28,839 bases of DNA. Source: a virus (taxonomy: Duplodnaviria; Caudoviricetes). A program made the translations under genes and the position numbers. The notes beneath the pieces were generated by a model. The model saw only the letters and a list, made by a program, of their open reading frames with translations, made no database searches and was not told the origin of the DNA. Of this stretch, positions 24,641 through 28,839 are shown in pieces; position 1 is the stretch's first letter; each line of letters opens with the position of its first letter. The stretch is from the IMG/VR virus record IMGVR_UViG_3300033067_000694, positions 1-28,839 of that record; one strand, 5' to 3'.

Positions 24641-24668
24641 ACTATACCATCTTCGGTATAGAAGGCAA
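24641..24668 (-). promoter_or_regulatory. Sigma70-type promoter TTGCCT-16bp-TATAGT overlapped by a 7-6-7 palindromic operator
   Basis: aggcaa 24663-24668, actata 24641-24646; ctatacc-atcttc-ggtatag 24642-24661. Confidence 0.7.
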
Positions 24669-24727
24669 GAGACGTGAATGGATTTCCCAAAGATTCCAGA
24701 CCCGAACGGATGCCTACTCGCACGCCT

Positions 24728-24898
24728 TCACTTCCGGTCGCGGCCAAACATGCCGTCGAAGATGTCGTTGATCGACAGGGACGGCTTGCCACCATCGGCC
24801 TTCCACGCCTCCATGATCCCACGCACGATGCCGGGCGCTCCGGCCCACTTGTTGCACAGTTCGTTCACCTGTTGCTCTGTCAGTCGCTTGCCGTCCAT
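24728..24898 (-). CDS. Small hypothetical protein (56 aa)
   Basis: AAGGAGG RBS before ATG 24898. Confidence 0.6.
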   Translation of the reverse strand: MDGKRLTEQQVNELCNKWAGAPGIVRGIMEAWKADGGKPSLSINDIFDGMFGRDRK

Positions 24899-24908
24899 CG
24901 TTGCCTCC

Positions 24909-25328
24909 TTACTCGCACGCCTCGAACTCGCTGAACTCCCGCGACACCCAGCCGCCAGCATCCTCGTACACCACTAGCACGGGGTACGGAAACAGCGCGG
25001 CAAACGCCCGAATCTTGATCTTCGCGTCCTCTTCAATCAGGTACGTGTACTCGCCGGTCCTGACCTTTGCGCCGTTGACCTTCTCCGTCACCTTGCGGCG
25101 GGCCTTGACCTCGTGAACCTCCATCTCGCCCGTCGGCAACTGGACGAGAAAGTCGGGCGTGTACCGCATGTCCTCGGCCAGCTTGTAGCTGCACGGCTCG
25201 AACCACCACGCGAGGATTTCGCCCGCACGCTTGCGGGCTTCGAGGACCACCGAGTAGCGTTCCTCGGTCTTGTTCATCGTGCCGGGCTTGCGGCGGACGG
25301 TGCGGGCACGTGCGTAGATGCGTCTCAC
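24909..25328 (-). CDS. PD-(D/E)XK nuclease, DUF1064-like (139 aa)
   Basis: MNKTEERY...RYTPDFLV...VHEVKA...DAKIKIR; GTGA start. Confidence 0.8.
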   Translation of the reverse strand: MRRIYARARTVRRKPGTMNKTEERYSVVLEARKRAGEILAWWFEPCSYKLAEDMRYTPDFLVQLPTGEMEVHEVKARRKVTEKVNGAKVRTGEYTYLIEEDAKIKIRAFAALFPYPVLVVYEDAGGWVSREFSEFEACE

Positions 25329-25741
25329 GGCGTCACCGCCTCTGGTTCCATCGTAACGCCAAGCCGCTCGCACACCTTGTGCGCCAACGCGATCGCGTCC
25401 GGCCCAGTGACCTTGGCGAAGTAGTGCGTCGCACGCGCGTATTCGCGCCCGATAAGGCGTGCGGTCTGTTGCGCGTCGGGCCTGATCCCGCCAAGCGCCG
25501 ACGTTGGAAGGCGCTTGCACAGGTAGATGAACGCGCATCGCACCGTCAGGACCGGGGCCGCGTGGCCCTCGCCGCATGCGTCTTCCAGCGTGACGCCGCC
25601 AACCTCGCAGACGGTTTCGAGTAGGTTGCCCGCTTCCATCAGTCGCACGCCCCACACGGCGGCGGTTTGGTGCATGACCGACCGACGCGCGAGTCGGCTT
25701 TGGCGGTTGGCAATGGGAATCCTGGTCAGTTGTGAACTCAC
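25325..25741 (-). CDS. DnaA domain-IV-like HTH protein (138 aa)
   Basis: LLETVCEVGGVTLEDAC...VRCAFIYLCKRL...ARLIGREYA parallels the Bac_DnaA_C pattern; GTGA start. Confidence 0.55.
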   Translation of the reverse strand: MSSQLTRIPIANRQSRLARRSVMHQTAAVWGVRLMEAGNLLETVCEVGGVTLEDACGEGHAAPVLTVRCAFIYLCKRLPTSALGGIRPDAQQTARLIGREYARATHYFAKVTGPDAIALAHKVCERLGVTMEPEAVTP

Positions 25742-25989
25742 GATGCAGCTCCGATTCGTTCGGCTCGCATGAGCCACTTGCGGAATTGGTCTGAAAACCC
25801 ACGCTTGGAGTGCCCGGCGCTGTTGATCCACCGAACCTCATGCACGTACTCGACCGAGTTTGAGGACGTGCCGCGGAACTCGTTTCCGTCGATGGCGACG
25901 ATGGAGCGGTACATGTCGCCGACTCGCCACGTCTCTCCGACGGCGTAGGACGGTGCTTGTCGTCTCTTGGTTGAGAGAGGTTGGCTCAT
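25738..25989 (-). CDS. Hypothetical protein (83 aa)
   Basis: GAGGGG RBS, ATGA coupling. Confidence 0.6.
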   Translation of the reverse strand: MSQPLSTKRRQAPSYAVGETWRVGDMYRSIVAIDGNEFRGTSSNSVEYVHEVRWINSAGHSKRGFSDQFRKWLMRAERIGAAS

Positions 25990-26171
25990 TGGTTCCCCCT
26001 CGCGCGGATGGCGGCGGCGATGGCCGCGTCGATGGTGGCAATGCGTGCGGTCGTCGTTGATTGCAGGATCGCTGCCGCCGATCTGTGCAACTTGAGCCGC
26101 TTCGGGTCGTTGCACACTTCGTCCCCGAACATGATCCTCTCCCCCGTTGTCGGCGGTTTCTGCTCAGCCAC
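25986..26171 (-). CDS. Hypothetical protein (61 aa)
   Basis: GTG 26171 overlaps the end of the upstream gene; ends DAAIAAAIRARGNQ. Confidence 0.5.
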   Translation of the reverse strand: MAEQKPPTTGERIMFGDEVCNDPKRLKLHRSAAAILQSTTTARIATIDAAIAAAIRARGNQ

Positions 26172-26655
26172 GCCCCACCCCCCTCTCGGCGGCTTCGGCG
26201 GCGGCGCGGGTGGAGTACGCGGGCTGGTACGGCTGGATGTAGTTCTGGTGGTCCATGGACACAATTTCCGTCGCCGCCCCGACAGGAAGCGCGTACCACA
26301 ACTCGCACTTGTGCCCAATAACGCACCCGTCGCCGGTAAGCAACAGCGTCCCCAGCACGCGCCGCTTCGTCCCCGTCTCGTCGATGATGTGCCCCGCCTC
26401 TGCCCGCATCCTCTCGTTCTCGGCCTGCAACTCGCCTATGCGTTCGTCGTTCTCAAGCGCCAGCGCGAGCATGGCCTCGTATTGCTCTTTGTACGACATC
26501 TTGGCGCACTCGCTCCCGTCCTGCGGCGGGTAGGCGATGGCCTGCAACCGGCGCACCTCGGCGGCGAGGATTGTCGCGGCCTGTGCCCATTCGCCGATGT
26601 GATGCGGCCCACCGTCCACCATGCTCAACGCCTCTTCCAACGTCATCTCACTCAC
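26164..26655 (-). CDS. Hypothetical protein with coiled coil (163 aa)
   Basis: AAGGAG RBS, GTG 26655; LAAEVRRLQ and RIGELQAENERMR. Confidence 0.65.
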   Translation of the reverse strand: MSEMTLEEALSMVDGGPHHIGEWAQAATILAAEVRRLQAIAYPPQDGSECAKMSYKEQYEAMLALALENDERIGELQAENERMRAEAGHIIDETGTKRRVLGTLLLTGDGCVIGHKCELWYALPVGAATEIVSMDHQNYIQPYQPAYSTRAAAEAAERGVGRG

Positions 26656-26953
26656 GGCCCGCTCCTTTCGCGTAATCCGCGTAGTACAGCACCTCGTCCG
26701 CGTATTCCGGCCCCTTCGCCTGCGCCCGGTTGATCGACTGCCGACCGACCTCTTTGCCGTCGCGCACCAACGCGGCAGACCCGTTCCATTGAACGGAAGC
26801 CTTGTAGTGGTCCAACTCCCACCTGTCGAAGTCAAATCGCTTCAGATCGAATCCAGACCCATTGCACAATGCGCACGAGAGTTCGGACCCGCAGCAGTTG
26901 CACTCGACCTCGCCGCCACCTCCACACTCCGGGCAGTCGCAATCACTTCGCAT
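26648..26953 (-). CDS. Zn-finger protein with DnaJ-type CxxCxGxG repeats (101 aa)
   Basis: CPECGGGG, CNCCG, CALCNGSG. Confidence 0.7.
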   Translation of the reverse strand: MRSDCDCPECGGGGEVECNCCGSELSCALCNGSGFDLKRFDFDRWELDHYKASVQWNGSAALVRDGKEVGRQSINRAQAKGPEYADEVLYYADYAKGAGRE

Positions 26954-27188
26954 CGCCCGCTCCTTTCTTCACATGCCTGTTCGCCTGCCGCGCCGCGATG
27001 TCCTGCACCTTCCGCGCGAACTGGATCGCGCGGGCGGGGGGAAGGCGTGCGCCGCTCGTGTTGATGTAAACCGTGCCGTACTGCGTCGCAAACGCGATCG
27101 CCCATTCAATGGCCGCACATGGGCCTGCGACCTTGAACTCGTCCGGCTTGTCCGTCTCGACTTTCCACCCATCACGCTTCGCCATCAC
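26943..27188 (-). CDS. Hypothetical protein (81 aa)
   Basis: AAGGA RBS; overlaps both neighbours. Confidence 0.6.
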   Translation of the reverse strand: MMAKRDGWKVETDKPDEFKVAGPCAAIEWAIAFATQYGTVYINTSGARLPPARAIQFARKVQDIAARQANRHVKKGAGDAK

Positions 27189-27471
27189 ACACGTCCTTTC
27201 GCCTCACCAGCCGCACCGCGCGGCCGTTCTCTTTCCGCTTGCCGACTTCAACCAGCACGCCCGCCTTCACCAGTTCCGTCACCCTTGGCCGCACGTGGTT
27301 CAGGTCCGCGAAGCCAAGCCGGGTCGCTACCTCGCGGTCCGTGCGGGGCTCGTCGTACTCGGCAAGCACCCGCGCCTGCATCGTGCTCGGGTCCAGCTCA
27401 CGCCACGCGGCGAGGGAGTTCGCGTGCATTTGGTGGCGACGGCGGGGCAGTTCGTCGAATAGCGTGTTCAC
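27172..27471 (-). CDS. Winged-HTH DNA-binding protein (99 aa)
   Basis: TDREVATRLG...VRPRVTELVKAGVLVEVGKR; GTGA overlap with the MTase stop. Confidence 0.8.
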   Translation of the reverse strand: MNTLFDELPRRRHQMHANSLAAWRELDPSTMQARVLAEYDEPRTDREVATRLGFADLNHVRPRVTELVKAGVLVEVGKRKENGRAVRLVRRKDVCDGEA

Positions 27472-28679
27472 GTCCCCACCTCCCGCAGGGTGCCGAATAG
27501 CGGCGCGTCTGCCTCTCGCGTGTCCTGAAACGTGTGCGGCTTCTCGGCCTTGCCGATGCGGACCTTGGCGAGTTCCACGTACTCCGGGTTGAGTTCGCAC
27601 CCGACACCGTGGCGCCCGAGTTGCCGCGCGACCGCGATGGTGGTGCCGCTGCCAAGGAACGGGTCGAGGACCACGCACGGGACGGGCTCGCCGGCGTTGC
27701 AGTCGCAACCGGGGGCCCAGCCTGACGTGCGCCCGCTGACGATGAGCCCGCTGGGGCACTTGGCCTTGCCCGATCGCTCCTGGGTCCAGTCGCCCGTGCG
27801 CTCGTGCGCGTTGGCCTCGTCCATGCCGTTGGTGCCCCGCTCCACCACCCTCGTCCACGGCGCGCCGCACGCGGGGCAAGCGCCCTTCTCGCTCGTGCCC
27901 GCCTTGATCGCGCGGCGGGGAATCTCGGTCGGGAAGGTGGCGAAGTGTGCTTCGGCGTATGGCTCTGCACCCAGCGACCACACGTTTCGACAGTTGGCCC
28001 CCTTGACCTCGGCATATTGCTTTTCGGTGACGCCTGCGGCACCCGCGCCGTGCACTCTCGCTTCTCCGCATTTGGGAGCTCGAACCCAACCCTGGTTCCA
28101 CGGCTTCGGCGTTTCGCGGATGGGCTCCGCGTCGTAGAAGTACCGCTCCGACTTCGCCAGCAGGAAGATCGGCTCCCACGCCGACGTGGGCCGGTCCGTC
28201 ACACTCTCCGGCATCGGCGACTTCTTCGCCCACACGATCACGCTGCGGAGATACCACCCGTCCGCCTGGAGCGCGAGCGCCACCCGCCATGGCATCATGC
28301 ACAGGTCTTTGGGCTTGAGGCCGGACGGGACTGGTCTTTGGCGCGTCATACCGTCAACCCATCCAGACTGCCTGCCGTCGTACAAACCACCGCCGTTCTG
28401 TTTGTCGTCGCGCCCTGTTTTCCCGCCGCTGTAACTGTCACCCACGTTCAGGAACACCACGCCGTCGTCCCGCAACGCGCGCCGCACGCCGCGGAACACC
28501 TCGACCATTGCCGCGACGTATGCGTCGGGCGATTCTTCCAGCCCAATCTGGCCATCGACGCCATAATCTCTAAGTCCCCAATATGGGGGTGATGTGACGC
28601 AGCACTGGACCGAACCGGCGGGGATCTTGGCGAGCCCTTCGCGCACGTCGCCGACGTGGATAGTGACGGGTTCGCTCAC
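27468..28679 (-). CDS. DNA methyltransferase, N4/N6 beta-class (SPPY, probably m4C), 403 aa
   Basis: VTSPPYWGLRDY, GWYLRSVIVWAK, HFATFP, VLDPFLGSGTT, GCELNPEY; CPACG...CDC insertion. Confidence 0.93.
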   Translation of the reverse strand: MSEPVTIHVGDVREGLAKIPAGSVQCCVTSPPYWGLRDYGVDGQIGLEESPDAYVAAMVEVFRGVRRALRDDGVVFLNVGDSYSGGKTGRDDKQNGGGLYDGRQSGWVDGMTRQRPVPSGLKPKDLCMMPWRVALALQADGWYLRSVIVWAKKSPMPESVTDRPTSAWEPIFLLAKSERYFYDAEPIRETPKPWNQGWVRAPKCGEARVHGAGAAGVTEKQYAEVKGANCRNVWSLGAEPYAEAHFATFPTEIPRRAIKAGTSEKGACPACGAPWTRVVERGTNGMDEANAHERTGDWTQERSGKAKCPSGLIVSGRTSGWAPGCDCNAGEPVPCVVLDPFLGSGTTIAVARQLGRHGVGCELNPEYVELAKVRIGKAEKPHTFQDTREADAPLFGTLREVGT

Positions 28680-28839
28680 GCCGCACCTCCCCGCATTAGC
28701 CCGGCCTGCGACGCGAGCATTTGGGCCTGCAACAACAACGCCGTGTGCGTCTTGAGTTCTTCGTCGGCCTCGTCGCGCCATCGCCGCGTGTTTTCGTCAG
28801 GCACCGCGAGGCACATCGTCAGAACCCGCAGCCGCGACG
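28676..28839 (-). CDS. 3' end of a hypothetical gene truncated by the window edge
   Basis: Open frame ...SRLRVLTMCLAVPDENTRRW...GGAA* whose TGA overlaps the MTase GTG. Confidence 0.5.
   Translation of the reverse strand, partial: SRLRVLTMCLAVPDENTRRWRDEADEELKTHTALLLQAQMLASQAGLMRGGAA

Noticed and set aside
24909-28679. Restriction-modification pair (PD-(D/E)XK nuclease + SPPY MTase)
   Set aside because: Seven genes lie between them, and the nuclease looks like the common small phage DUF1064-type protein

Overview
High-GC tailed-phage or prophage DNA. Almost all genes are tightly packed on the minus strand, many coupled by ATGA/GTGA overlaps. Reading right to left in the direction of transcription: (1) a small-gene early/middle region with an SPPY-type DNA methyltransferase, a winged-HTH protein, a Zn-finger protein, a DnaA-domain-IV-like HTH protein, a PD-(D/E)XK nuclease and a promoter/operator + XRE-HTH unit; (2) a lambda-type packaging/head module with terS, gpA-like terL, gpW-like protein, lambda-family portal, S49 protease/scaffold, cement protein and major capsid; (3) an SGNH-like protein, neck genes and a membrane/lysis-like cluster; (4) a non-contractile tail module with tail tube, G/GT chaperone with a GGGAAAC -1 frameshift site and a short 431-aa tape measure; (5) a tail-distal region and a GH56-like glycoside hydrolase; (6) a structured non-coding end containing a lambda cosQ-like GGGTCCT. 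The most striking observations are a 3.65-kb block flanked by identical 34-bp direct repeats that supply the same start and first 10 codons to a DNA methyltransferase and to a 53-aa chimeric ORF, five perfect 21-bp heptad repeats inside that methyltransferase, and a candidate cos site about 22 kb from terS. No integrase, repressor/cro switch, tRNA, CRISPR or clear endolysin is visible. All functional calls come from motif recognition and synteny by eye; no database search was run.
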